A stretch of DNA of 63,861 nucleotides, the filler included, from Hausera hauseri (lineage: Eukaryota): assembly GCA_046269625.1 (NCBI GenBank). It is 11 parts of 11 records of this genome, joined end to end, with 100 filler letters (N's around TTAATTAATTAA, not from the genome) between each part and the next. Parts side by side here need not be neighbours in the genome. Positions count along the whole stretch, not along the records: positions 10,131 to 19,588 come from JBJURY010371037.1; positions 19,689 to 24,189 come from JBJURY010552117.1; 9 more parts are not named here. One strand, 5' to 3'. Shown piece after piece: positions 11,155 to 24,289 of the stretch. The notes beneath the pieces are model-generated. The model was not told the origin of the DNA, made no database searches, and was given only the letters and a program-made list of their open reading frames with translations. How positions within the stretch are numbered: position 1 is the first letter of the stretch; every line of letters begins with the position of its first letter. The position numbers were made by a program, and so were the translations under genes.

Positions 11155-14100
11155 ATCACCCTCCCCCCGTGGCAAGACGAAGACTATGAAGAGAAGAAAA
11201 TGAATGTGAATTATAGTAGTGTTAGGCGTTGGATTCCATCTATGAACTTCTCCCTGCTGTAAGTGCTGAATGTTACATGACGTGATCTGTTAGATGTTAC
11301 TGGTGCTTGTGGAGTTGTTTGAGGGGGAGATACTGTAGATTTTGTGGTGTTTTTGGAGAATGCTTCATGAAGAGGTGAAAGTGGAGAAGAAACTGAAGAG
11401 TGGAGTGGGGCAAGCGAAAAAGGCGCAACTGGAGGTGGAAGCAAATCGTGCAATGACGGTGAAAGGAGTAGTGAGTGTGCCGACGATGACGGCGAAGTAA
11501 GTGGTGAATAAGCAGTAAACGATGACGGAAATGAAAAGGACTTATTGTGACTCGATTGCTGCGACGGCTCAAAATTATCGAGGAAATTAGATAATGGCTC
11601 GCGGGTAGAGAAATTAGAGTCAGGATTTGAAACAAGGCTGTTATCCTGATCATCATCAACGAAGAATGCTGGCTTAAGATTAGAGATATGTACATTTTGA
11701 GGTTTGTCCTTGCGTAAAATAGTAGTGGTGTGCAAACAAATGTTTAGTAGTTTGTAAGGGTCAATGTATTGAGGCAGAAAACCAGACGGTGAAGGATCCT
11801 TCAGCCATACAAACTTGGCTGAGTATATGTCCTCTGGAATATAAGATTTGTCTTTATTTATAAGACGGCAAAAAGCGTTCGAGTTTACCTCTACAAAGTG
11901 GGACTGTGCTGCACAAATGACTTCATCTGATGGACTTTCATCCAGATTGGAGAGCTCAAATAGTGCACGAATTGGTGTCCCAATTAGTGCTTCAGCCGGG
12001 ACACATGTGGTAGTGGATGGTGCGTTGCGCCAACCAAGTATGACAAGAGGAAGAATCGAGGTCCAATTACGATTGTTTTTTGCCAGGATTTTTAAAGAAA
12101 TGTTCATGGTGCGGTGAAATCTTTCAAGAAGGCCATTTGCTTGGGGATGGTACGGCGTCGTATGGAAGTGAGCTATCCCCAAGTGCTTTACTAGATATTT
12201 AAAAAGATCAGCTTCAAATTGCGGACCCTGGTCAGTTATGATGTGACGTGGTACACCAAAACGGCTGACCTATATCTTGATAAATGCATCTGCTACTGAG
12301 TCAATGTTGGTTGATCGAAGCGGAACGGCTTCAGGCCAGCGGGAAGCACGATCCATCATTGATAAGATGTATTGATAGCCGTTGTCGGATGGCAAAGGAC
12401 CTACAAGATCCAAATGCACAGTGTCAAAACGGGACGCACAAGGGAAATGGTAAAGTGGTGGTTTTAGGTGTTTGTGGACCTTGTATTGTTGGCATGCGGC
12501 ACATCCCTTGACCCAGATCTGCACATCTGTACGCATAGTTGGCCATACAACGTGACGTTGCAGTAGGCTAAATGTGGCTTTTGAACCCAGATGATGAAGA
12601 GAGTGAAAGTAATTGAAAGCTGTCTTTTGTAGCGATGGAGCAAGAATGGTCTTCTTGTTGTTCGAGTTCGAAGTGTCATAAGCGATGCCATCAATGATTT
12701 TAACAGATTTAAAAGCTTGAAGAATGTCACATGATGACTGAGTGCTTCTCAGGACTTCAGAGGCGAAAAGTGGCTGAACTGTAATTGAGTTAACCGACCG
12801 CGAAGGAAAATCCGCTACTAAATTTTTGGTGCATGAAATACATTTCATGGAGAAAGCTAAACGTCGACAGGCATGATATCCGTCGTTCTTCTCTGGATGA
12901 TGGCTGTTTCAATGTCATTATATGAAGTAGAGGCTTGTGGTCGGTTTGGATGGTAAATTGACATGAAAGAAGCAAGTGCTTGAAATGCTTTACTGCTAGA
13001 ACTACAGCCAAGAATTCACGGTCGAATGTTGAGTATCGGCTTTCCGGTTGTGTGAGCTTTCGAGAATAGAACTCTAATGGTTCATCGACGCCATTGTATA
13101 TTTGGTGTAATGTCTCACCAGTTGCTGTGGTTGAGGCATCGGTAGTTAATTTTAGTTCAGCGTTTGGCTTTGGAAAAGCCAAGATTTCCACTGTTTTCAG
13201 ACCTTCACAAAGGCGATCAAATTGGTTTACTAGATCGCGAGTCCAATTGATGAATTGTCTTTTCTTCCCAGATGAGAGGTGTTCGAACGGTGCCGTTAGT
13301 TCGGAGCAGTGTTGGACGTATTTGTGTACGAAATGCAATGTCCCTAGAAAACTCCTCATATCGGTAGTTGTAGTTGGCAACGTTACATTTTTTAATTGTT
13401 GTAAGCGATCAGGCTGGGGCGAATGCCCTTCAGGAGTGATTATGTGGCCTAAGAAGTTTACACGTTTCTGGAAGAAATTGCATTTGTCGAAATTAATTTG
13501 CAGGTTACTTTGATGCAATCTGTGGAAAACGATTCTAAGATGCTCATGATGTTGTTTTATTGAGCTGGAAGCGACTAATATGTCATCTACGTATGGATGA
13601 GCAAAATCAAGTCCAGAAAGAACGGTGTCAATGTGGCGCTAAAAGGTCTGAGATGCATTACGTAGGCCGAAAGGCATGAAGATATATTCGTAAAGACCAA
13701 ATGGTATGATGACAGATGTTTTTGGAATGTCATCAGATGCAACAGGAATTTGATGGTAGGCCTTGAGCAGATGAATGATAGAATAGTTATTGGTGTTACT
13801 GGGGCTATGAAGAATATCCTTAATGCGTGGTAGTGGATAGGCTACAGTAATAGTTAGATTGTTTAATTGTCGATAGTCGCCACATGGCCTATAGAAACCA
13901 TCTTTCTTTACTGCTACATGAAGATGAGAAGTCCAAGGTGAATTCGATCTCCGAATAATGCCAGACCTTTTCCGTTTATTAAATTCCTGTTCCACAGCTT
14001 TACGTCTGCGTGGCGATAGAGGTCTGACCTTTTGTTTGATAGGCCTCTGATGCTCCCTTTCTGTATGGTGATAAGTTGTGGATGGAGGCTTGAAGTTGAC

Positions 14101-15902
14101 GTTTCTTTTGACTATGCGAAAGCAAGACGTTGTGACGTATAATATAAGATCGGAATTTAGAGATAAGAATGATTGAGGCATATCATTAGAAAGAAGAGCT
14201 CCAGTGATTGACGAAAAGCAACTGTCATCGCTACTGTCGACGCCTAATTTGGATTTTTGTTTTAGAATAGATTTATGATTGTCGTTCATAACTGAAACAT
14301 TACCCACTTTATCGGAAGTATTTTTTATAGATGACGAAGCGTTCAACATATACACAGATAATTGCAAGGAGCTCCTCGCTAGATTGTCTACGAGACACTT
14401 GTTTTGGGTTGCAATCAAGTTTTTGCTTAAAAAACAGCCGTATTTGTAATTGACCAATAGATCATGTTTGGCAAGGAAATCGGAGCCTATTATGGGAGAT
14501 TTTATGTTAGCCACGTGGAACTTCCAGACAAACTTATCTGGCAAGTTGGCGAATGTGAAAGTCAATTCCGTGGTTCCTGCAACGTGCAAAGGTTGTCCAC
14601 TGGCAATAAAAAGTGGAGGACAGGAAGTTATAGTAGATGTAGTGATGAAAGACAACGGAAAGAGTGAAAAGGTAGCTCCTGAGTCTATAAGGAAGTCGAT
14701 ATGCGAAGTGTCACTGCATAAAAGTGCAGCCTTTAACAGAAAGACTGCAGAGGCGCTGTTGAAACGGCCAAAAGATTGAGCGATGTTGCCTGCGCCAAAA
14801 GATGCCGTAAAATCTGGCGACATTGAGTTTTTTGGAGGATTTGGAGGAAAGGAAGAAGAGGAATAAGAGGAAGAAAAGCTAGAAGATTTTTTGTTGTAAT
14901 GTCTACAACTAGACATACATGATCTGGCCTGTGACTGATATTTGTTGTGGTATATACAAATAGGATTATTTACAGCGTATCGCTCACTAAACAATTGACA
15001 GCCCAAGAAACATTTCCTTGCTTCCTTTCGAAAACGCGTGTGGTAGAGCAAGTCATGTGTCCGCCAGGTGAAATGGACCGAGAGGAGTGCCTTGAAGCGC
15101 TTTTCCCCTTGAAGGTATGTTGTCAGTACTTTAAGGTTCATTAAGATTATTTAGTTGGATAGTAATGGCAAAAATCGATTGTTGTAACTTGTCAAACTGT
15201 TACTGCATCATTTGCAATTGTTGAGTAAAAAGTTTTGTGTATGTTGTTGGAGCACATGTGGTTGCAGCCGCAGTAGGGCGAGAACTGTTCTTATGAAGAA
15301 TCTCAAAGGATTTGTCAGCCATTATTGCCAGTTTTTCGATAGCAGTGGATTTGTCAACAACGGTTAGTAAGGTTCTGATTGAGGTGGGCAAAGACGATAA
15401 GAAATAACGGCGAATTAAATCCGCTTTATTCGTAGGGGTAACTCCTAGCGCGCTGAGTTGTAGAATGGCTGTTTGGAGAAAGTCGGATGGCTTTTGGTTC
15501 CCTATTGTGTGGTCATTAAAATACTTTTGTATTATATTGCCAATAGAAGGATCCATGACATGCAGTACAGCTTCACAGTGTCTCGTAATGTGTTGAGGAT
15601 TGGAGCAGCTCGGAGATATTATTAATCTGCTGCTTGACGTTGGCAGGTAGAAGAATTAAAAGGCTAATGGCTCGCACAAAAGAATCTGCGATGTTATTCG
15701 ATTTTAGCCACTGTTGATGAAATTGGAGCCATGATTTGCTGGAGTTGTTTTTGTCGATAAAGAATTCAACACAAGGTAAATTTAACGAACCTCGTGACTG
15801 TTGGAAGTGTAGAAAACGATAGACGTTACCTGTGTTTGTAAATTTGTCATCCAAGAAGGATGGATTTGGATCCGATCCACCTCGGAGAGGAAAGTTGAGC
15901 AT
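11155..15902 (-). mobile_element. Ty3/Gypsy LTR retrotransposon, CsRn1-like clade, degenerate (gag-PR-RT-RH-IN)
   Basis: CHCC knuckle CIYHNKYQSQARSCMSSC (C-x2-H-x9-C-x3-C); PR FLIDSGA; RT YRPCGDYRQLN, MPFGLRNA and PYVDDI (~13582-13593); RH LTTDAS and TDHKPL; IN HSLHH..CAAC, VHLDLVGP, TDQGPQF and NGLLERFH; PPT GGGGGGAGGG followed by TGATGT near 11155-11168. Multiple stops and frameshifts. Confidence 0.92.
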
Positions 15903-17589
15903 AAGATGAATAACTGGACGTTCATGGCATACGAAAGACGAGTGAGTCGACGGGATGTACAGTGATACCTCGATGTGTGAAATAAAAGTTGGCAGTGTCG
16001 AGTGAGGAGGATACAGAGGTGTACAGTAGCTGCGCCGTGGAATTGATTGGATCCTTAATGGTCGTTATGTGTTGATTGTTACTGAAGATAAGGAAGAAGA
16101 GTTGCAGCGAAGCAATTCCAGGAGAATGGTAAAATGTAAAAGGAGCTTGTGCGGTTTGCTTCCGTGTTAAAAGAGATATGGGCGTGCAGCCGGGATAGCG
16201 GTGGCAAGTGATGATTGGAGTAAAGGAGTATCCAAAGATATTAAGCTGGAAAACATTTTAAAGTGAAGAATGCTGTGAGCCATAAAAGATTTGTAAATAC
16301 GAAGAACATGGCCGCACCGGTGGGCATAAATCAGTAAAAAGAACTTCACCCACCTGTGTTTGAATATCTGAGTCCTGGATGTCGAATTTGGCCACATCTG
16401 AAGTGTTTTCCCCAGTGGATCATGCTCGTTAATCAAGTGGATGCCGGTCTTGTTGACACCTCTCGAATGTTGGTTCTTTCTTTTGGTAAATGGATTGTTG
16501 CTGAGAGACTTTAAGAGGATATCGTGAAGAATCGTAACGAATTTTGAACTCGTCGACGGATTGTCGCTACTCAAGAAATGGAGAATACTGTCAGTAAAGT
16601 AACTGCCGGATGCTACCAAACTCATCTCATTCAGCATAACATGTCGAAAGATTGCACCTTTGTTAACGGTAGTGAGACTGCAGTACATGTCTGTACCTGT
16701 CTGGGTGAATGGTGTGTCGTATGAGGAATCAGTATTATGCGTGTAAAGTAGAAATTTATGAAAACCCAATCTTACAGACCAATCGGCTAGATAATGTTTA
16801 CGAACAAAAGACTCACGAAAAGCATCGAGATTCCCCTCGGACGGGTCAAGGAACGTATGAAAAAGATGAACACCAGTAATTGGTTAGATAGTGGTGCCCA
16901 CAAGGTATTCCATTTTTTCTCTCTGCATCTACTTGATCGTGTTTCATGTCGGAAAGAGATGTGCGATAGTATAAATGTACAATGGCTTATCCGATAGTCA
17001 ATCGTTTGACGTAATGTAGTAAATGTATTTTGTAAATGTGAACTTGTTCAGTTATCAACTTGACGTATATATCGAGAAAGCCGTTACACCTTTCCACGTG
17101 GAATAGCATTATCGCATTGCAAGATTGGTGTTTCATTATAATCTCTTTAAACGATTGTTTCTGTTTCAAACATGTTGACGTGCGCATGGATGTGGTGAGG
17201 ACACTGATATTCTTTACTGATTTATTCGCAAAGTAACGAAAATTCAGATAAAAACTACTATAGTGAATACACGACAAAATAGGGTCTTGTATTTGAAGAA
17301 TATCGGAAAAAGTGAAATTCATATTAGTTTATTTTGACCTGTTGACATGCTATCTGTGTAGGAGTATTTTGATTCAGATGCATTGGTTGCAATTGCGCTG
17401 CTCTCAGTTTTCAGATCCGATTTTGACACAACCACTCTAACACCATGCAGTATATTCGGTCTATTTGTGTTATAAGTCAGAACAGTGTAATAGAGATCTG
17501 GACGTCCGTGTTGTTCTGATTCTAAAGTGTCACCAATTTCTTTCGTTTTACTTATGAAAACTTCATTTTTCTTTGTTAGATAATTACTA

Positions 17590-19164
17590 GACTTTTTACG
17601 TCGTCAAGTACCATTGGTTGATTTTTGAATAAGAAGAGTAATTGAGCCGTTTACGGAATCATATAGCGCTTTGGACATAACGGTACAACGATTTCTCTGT
17701 CTTCTTGACACAAATATTTCATCTTCACTATCTGAGTCAACTTCGGAACATTTTGTGAGCCAATTAGTGAATTTCATAAATGGCATAGTTAAGCCACCAA
17801 GGAATATAATTGTGAACAGAACTATGATTAAAGTAGTTGTAACTAAAACTTGCCGGGTTTCTTGTGATACGCCCTCTAAGTGAAGAGCCAAAGCAAATGC
17901 AATTGCACCTGGAAGTCCACTGAACCACATTACAAATTGATTCTTTCTAGTAATTTTTATTTCTCAAAAATAATTCAAAATAAATGAAAATTGTAAAAAT
18001 ATTAAAAGCACGACCGATCAAACACAACACTATGACCCAGGCAATTAAGGCAGGTTCTGGTCGATGTTTGAAACTAAATATCGCAAGTCCAAGATATGCA
18101 AATGCAATCGATTCAGCCATGAAGGCTAACGTTCGAAATATTTGTAGAACAGTCATCTGAGTAATTGGAAATAAATTCCTGAGTATAATGTGACATAACG
18201 ATACCAGAAAAAAGAATGGCCATGATTCCAGATAGACCAATAGCCTCCGCCAAACAATATGGAGCGTAACAAAATACTAGCATAATTCCAACTTCAAGAG
18301 ATGGAGTCTTTCTGAGGTCCAACAATTTTAGTCCCAAAGATGAGAGAAGAGCAAAAGTTATTCCTATGGCTGGTGATGCTAAGAATGTGACAAGAAATCC
18401 TCCTATAGCCTGCCCAAGCAACTTCAAGGCTGACTCATCTTTCAGTTTAGGCCTATCCAAATTCATAACTGTTGTAGTTAGAACTATGGACACAGCATTA
18501 TTGAGAATGGATTCTCCAAAAACAAGCATGTATAAAATAGGATCAACATCCATTGCCCTAAATATTGCCAAAGTAGCAACCGGATCAACATCAGAAATCA
18601 ACGATCCAAATCCGAAACTTTCAAAAATACTCAAACAATAAGCCAAATTGGCAATTCCACACAAGTAAAGTCCACCGCCAATGACAACGGCTGATATGAC
18701 AGTTCCGATAATGACAAAAACCAGAATAGATCCAATATTTTGGAAAAATTCCCTTTATGCAAATTATATCCGGATTCAAAAATAATTGGAGGTAGAAAAA
18801 CGAGAAAAAATACCATTGGCTGAAATTCTTTTCCCTGTCGCCAATTTCTAATTAATTTCAATATTAATCCGACTAGAGCGCCGATAAATACAATTGCAAC
18901 ATTTTCCGGTAAATATTGAAGTTTCATTGTTATCAAGGCATGAATAATTAAAATACAGACACCAACGATAACCAATATAAAAAATAATGTCAAACTTAAA
19001 TGGTGTTCTTTTTGAGCTGGTGTCAAATGAGAAATAGCCGTTGTAAGTACACTACGTACTGTGGAACTAGTTGATGATAAATTTAAATTACTGGCGTTTG
19101 ATATCATTACCAATTTATGACTCTTGTCGATTAAAAATTTTTTCAACGGAAAAAACTTTAACAC
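17590..19164 (-). pseudogene. SLC9A8: Intronless sodium/hydrogen exchanger 8 (NHE8) pseudogene
   Basis: FFLVFLPPIIFESGYNLHKGNF, FGSLISDVDPVATLAIF, LVFGESILNNAVSIVL, GLSGIMAILFSGIVMSHY and MWFSGLPGAIAFALALHL are collinear with NHE8. Three frameshifts, an in-frame TGA near 17968, and no introns across ~1.5 kb. Confidence 0.92.
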
Positions 19165-21099
19165 GCATTTTACATAACCTAGAATCTTAAATAAATTTTG
19201 ATATATTCAAACATACGCATCCGTTGCTTATTCGGTCCGTCTTTGGGTAACTTGAGCATACTTAACAAGTCGGCTATCAAGTAGCATAGTGGATCAAAAT
19301 TTTATTGAAGAAATAAATTTTTACTATAAAATTGATATTTTTGCAGATTATCAAATATTCGCAGATATTGTGTTGATAATAGTCATAATTTTTTTCAATT
19401 TCCTTTGTATATTTATAATACTTGAATCTGTCGATGAATTTATTAAATTTGACCTTATATGTTTATTCACACTTCGCCCGTCGTTTAAAATGCGAATTTG
19501 ATTAGAATTTATGGTGTTCACCTAACTTTAACCATACTCCTAAACATAACCTAACATAATGCGCAAAAATTACATGTTGTAAGGTGAANNNNNNNNNNNN
19601 NNNNNNNNNNNNNNNNNNNNNNNNNNNNNNNNTTAATTAATTAANNNNNNNNNNNNNNNNNNNNNNNNNNNNNNNNNNNNNNNNNNNNGCTCTACCTATA
19701 TCTTCTTCATTTTGGGCAATAATTGACTTATATTTGCATAGTAGTTCGTAAAATTGACAATATGCGTCTGGTGAAAACTTTGTTTCCACATGAGGCGAAA
19801 ATTTAGCATATTCATATGGTTTTTCTTCAACTGTTATTGCCGATACTTTATAAGTATGACCTAATGTAGTATTAACATAAGCCTTACGGGTGTTGGTGCG
19901 TTATTTACTAATCTGACTGGTACTCTTCCAGACGTTACTCTTGTCAAAATGTTACTAAGTATAATATTTGGATTAACGTCTTCATGTGGCTCAAAATATA
20001 CTGGTTGGTCGTCCTCTTCGCTGATTTAAGCATAAAATAGCATTTCCGTTCTGGGCGGAATATTTTTGTCAACAGGGATCCATACTTTTCCTTGCTTCCT
20101 TTCTTTCATTGTTTTAATCTCTTTTTCTGGTCCAAGTTCAAGTAATTTTCAAGTATGTAAATTTATTGCGATATTGGGTAATTGTTTCAATATATCACAT
20201 CCTAATACTACGTCATTGGTAAGTTGATCCATTATAGCAAACGCATGTTTAAGGATTTGACCCATTAACTGAACTAAGGGACTCAATTTAAATTTTGGTT
20301 TGGATTTTTGCCCAAAAGCTCCTATGCTGCCTGGGTCTAACAATGATGCAGGCTGCAGTGGTTTCCGTAATTCCGGCGGTATTGATTCTAATTTGGTAAA
20401 CGATTTTTCTAATCCAATGTCAATTAAGGCATAAACTTCCCAATCTTCAATGGTGACTTTTGTGAAGGGTCTTCCTTCCATAACTGACCCGTAACAACTC
20501 GACATGTCTTTTGGTCTTTTAATCGAAGAAATCTTATGTCCGTTTATTGTTATCTGTGGTGATGAAATATTATTTTCAATCAGCTGTTTCAGTTCTTCGT
20601 TAGGGTATAAGTCGTTAACTGCCATGTTATTCGTATTGTTCCTAATTAATGGTTCTTGTACTATTGGATTTTGGAACGATTTCACTCCTTTTGTTTCTCA
20701 GACTGTTGATCTGGTCTCTATATTACGAGCTATTCTCGGTGAGTACAATATCCCATGGTCATCTACTGCTCGTCTTTGATTAGTGATCTGCATTTTCTTT
20801 AATACTCCATATTGTTTTGTTCCTTCATATGGATCTTCATAGCTGAAAGGTTTCCGACAGAATGATAATCTACAGGACATCATAGATGTTTTGTCACAGT
20901 CCTCGTATATCGGAGCCGTTGGTGGCACGATAGATAAGGGTGCTCTAATTATTGAATACATTTTATGTCTATTTTGCCCGAGGACTACTTCTCCTCCTTT
21001 AGGCTCGTCATCATCGGAATCACTTCTTCATGTTGTTGATTTCTTAGCTTTTCGTTTTAGTAGAAATGCGCGTCTTGCTCGTCGTTTATAATTATGGTA

Positions 21100-22880
21100 G
21101 CCGACATGGCGTTCAACGTCATTCTTCCATCGATTTTCTTCGTATGCTTTAAGCATTTTACCAAATGGGGTGATAATTTCAATTAAAATCTTGCAGGAAA
21201 ATCCTGTTAGCGTGAATATTTCGTACCCATTTATAACCGCTTAGATTATTACTTTTACTAATTGTACCAAGAAATAGATTGCTAAAAATCCAGATGAGGC
21301 TTGCCCAAAGATTAAAAATCTTCCGTATATTTTGTAGAGTATTTCTATGGTTACCCGTTGGTAATTGTTCGCACCAAGCAGGGATTCCCATTTAGCCTGG
21401 TAGCGGACATCATCTACTACTGATGCCATAGTTTGGTTTAATTCGTGTGTACGTTGCCGTAGAAAGCGAGAAATTGTCGAAAAGCTTCTCTCTCTGGGCT
21501 TGTAAATACCCTTTTAAGATGTGTCCTGAAATTTGTCATCAGTAATTCCCCTCGCTAAATTAGTTCCAGTTAGTCTCTTGGGGATGAAAATGACACCTCC
21601 ATTAGGTAAGCTAACCCAATCTGTTTCGCTGCGCCTAAACTTTGGTTCACTCAAACGTGCCTTACAATCCTTTAATATTGTAGGTTGTGTTGCGTTGTCT
21701 AGCAACACTGTAGTGAGGGGCATGGATAATCGCGAAGTGTTCTGATAGATCACAGGAAACTCTTGCATACACCGTTTTTCTTCGACATTAATTGGTACGT
21801 CTCTTTTCTCGCACTCGTAAGTCAGTAGGTCCTCGCCAGTAACTTGCCCGAAGATTCCTCCTCTCATGAGAATGATCGGTGAAGCTAACTCAGGGTTTGC
21901 ATAAATAAGGGTTAATTTTGTCCTCATAATTTCCGTATCTAATTTGAAGTCATTAGTTATCATTTTGTGATATAGTTCGGCTATCCCGACTTTTCCTTTA
22001 TAATAAAAATAATAGTCTCGATTTTTCAGATAATCTTTAATACTAATATCTTGCGTTTCCAAGTTGTATGTCGTCGCGTTTATCTTTGTTTCTGCGACGA
22101 AGAAGGCTTCGTAATTAGTGGTGAACATTACTACTTCGCAGAGTGAAATCATTTCCTTTTTTATGAATTGCAATCCACGTTGATCAGATATTAATATCGT
22201 AGGTGCATGGAGCTCTGATACATCTTCACGTGCTGTTAACTGATGTCGGATTTATCTACATATCGTTTTCTGGTAGTTTCTTTAAATGTCATTTCCTTAA
22301 TCTTAAAAAAATTACAGCCTTTTCCGGTGAGCGGTTCCCATGTGACGACAGAACTTCTGAAAGCACAGGTTCCGTCCTGTATGTGACATTTTTGGTTTTC
22401 GGTATACAGCTTAGTAACGCTATGGAAAATTACTTTCTGTACTCGAATTTCCGCTTCGTAAAAGTCCACTACTACTACGTTTGCTCCTAATCCTTTTCCG
22501 GTGTTGTATTCCGCTCCACTACAGTGGCCGTTGTGCATATCTAGCCTTCCGACTACTATTTTGTACGCTCTGATTATCTTTCCGGGCTGAATTTTTAGTT
22601 CCATACTATCCCGTTTCAATCTTCCGATTTCTATGGCCTGCTTGCAGTGTTGTCTTCCTAAATTCATTTGAATGGGAGGAATTGTTGGTTTAATTATTGA
22701 GGAGTGCCCGTGCATTAGTCCACAATGGAAAATGCTACGAGATCGTCTCAGTATACATTCCATGCCATTCAAAGATATCAAATCTTGTTGATGACATAGG
22801 AAATAACTCTTCGTCTTTGTCTCCAGTTTGTGTGGTCTGGCATCTTCACATGCTTCTAAATCCATTAATGAGTATTTTTG
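21100..22880 (-). pseudogene. Chuvirus-type (class III, gB-like) glycoprotein, copy B; signal peptide and N-terminus deleted
   Basis: FHCGLMHGHSSI, GHCSGAEY, QDGTC, ELYHKMI, GQVTGEDLLTYEC, CMQEFPV and the TM GQASSGFLAIYFLVQLVKVII match the chuvirus/Jingchuvirales G motif pattern. Confidence 0.85.
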
Positions 22881-23401
22881 TCTACAATAATAAAAAAGTA
22901 CAATAATACTTTTCTCAGCTCTTCTATCGTATTCGCCATTATGATCTTCTTGACTATTGCGTCCTCAGTTAGGCTACTTTTTGACAGTTTGGACGGAGAA
23001 TTTCTACCTGCTTTAAATATCGCCTTTTCTTTATCATCTAATGTATCTTAGCGAAGACTTGAATTATTTACAACACGTATTAGATTCTTCATTAGCTCGT
23101 GTAACTCTTCATTGTCGGTGCTAAAAGTAGGGATCGACATCTGTCTTAGCTCTCTAATTAATTCTCCGTTATAGTCAACTTCTTCTCGGATCTTCCTAGG
23201 TCTTTCGACCGGGTGTTTAGTCCTTGGGGCTTTGGCTATTATTCCACTTAGTGGATTTAGATCCTTGTTATATTGTTCCTTGTCTTCGTATGTCTGTAAA
23301 TACTCGAAATACATTGCCGCATCTCGTACTCACATGATTTGTCCTACCCACTGTTCCGTTTTAGCCTTCCGCGTGGCTTCTTCTTTTGTTTGTTCATTGG
23401 C

Positions 23402-23620
23402 TAACGTTACTACTATTCGATTTGTTTTGCCGAGGATGATTCCTACGTCTAATAATTGTTCTAAATCGTCAAGTATTCTTCCTCTAAAGGAAAATCTGTA
23501 ATTTAGTTCATTTGTTCAGCCGTTATTTAATAGCCATTCTCTTACGTCCTTCACGTAGGAGTATGTGGTTAGCTCACATTCCGTTTCGTCCATCCACTCA
23601 GATGATATCATTATTTTCAT
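23402..23620 (-). other. Internal ubiquitin-like domain (copy B; one in-frame stop)
   Basis: MKIMISSEWMDETECELTTYSYVKDVREWLLNNG*TNELNYRFSFRGRILDDLEQLLDVGIILGKTNRIVVTL aligns without gaps to ubiquitin residues 1-73. Confidence 0.75.
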
Positions 23621-24289
23621 CGTTACCTCGGGTTTACCCTTCAAGATTTTTGCATAGTTCTTTATTAAAAGTTTCGGCGCTGTGTTGTTAATTATGTTTT
23701 CACTGGATAATTTAGTCAAAGTCGGAATGAGTTGTCTGAGCTTATTTTTAGTTATATTCACATTAATTGATTCTATCAAATCCTTTTCCGTTAACGCTGA
23801 GTCTAGGAGCATCTCCACATTGAATTTCCTGTTCTGCGGATACCTTTCTATTTCATCTAGGTGTACTGGAGTTACCGGATTTTAGGCCGTTATTTTTTCT
23901 AGATAAGCATCCCATTCTAATTCATTCCCAATATCTGGGAGTCCATACTCTACTAGACCTGTGTTCATTCTTTGCACATTTTCTCGAATTTCTTTCAATC
24001 TTGGCTGTATTTCTTTTATCTGCGTAGTTCGGAAACCTATTCCGTTTCCACAGGCATATTGAACCATTTTTAGTAGTTCACCTAATTCATTAGAATTGAT
24101 GAATCCCTTCTGGTGATAATCGGTTAGTTCAACAATTACATCCCTTTGCCATCTTTGTACGAATTCTCGCTTATTTTTGATTTCTGATTNNNNNNNNNNN
24201 NNNNNNNNNNNNNNNNNNNNNNNNNNNNNNNNNTTAATTAATTAANNNNNNNNNNNNNNNNNNNNNNNNNNNNNNNNNNNNNNNNNNNN

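Larger units (their letters stand above)
19689..24189 (-). mobile_element. Env-bearing Gypsy element, copy B (accessory region/UBL - chuvirus-like G - protease - pre-RT)
   Basis: Collinear and clearly homologous to 32670-37445 along its length. PR motif is YALIDIG (mutated D-T-G/A). Confidence 0.88.
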
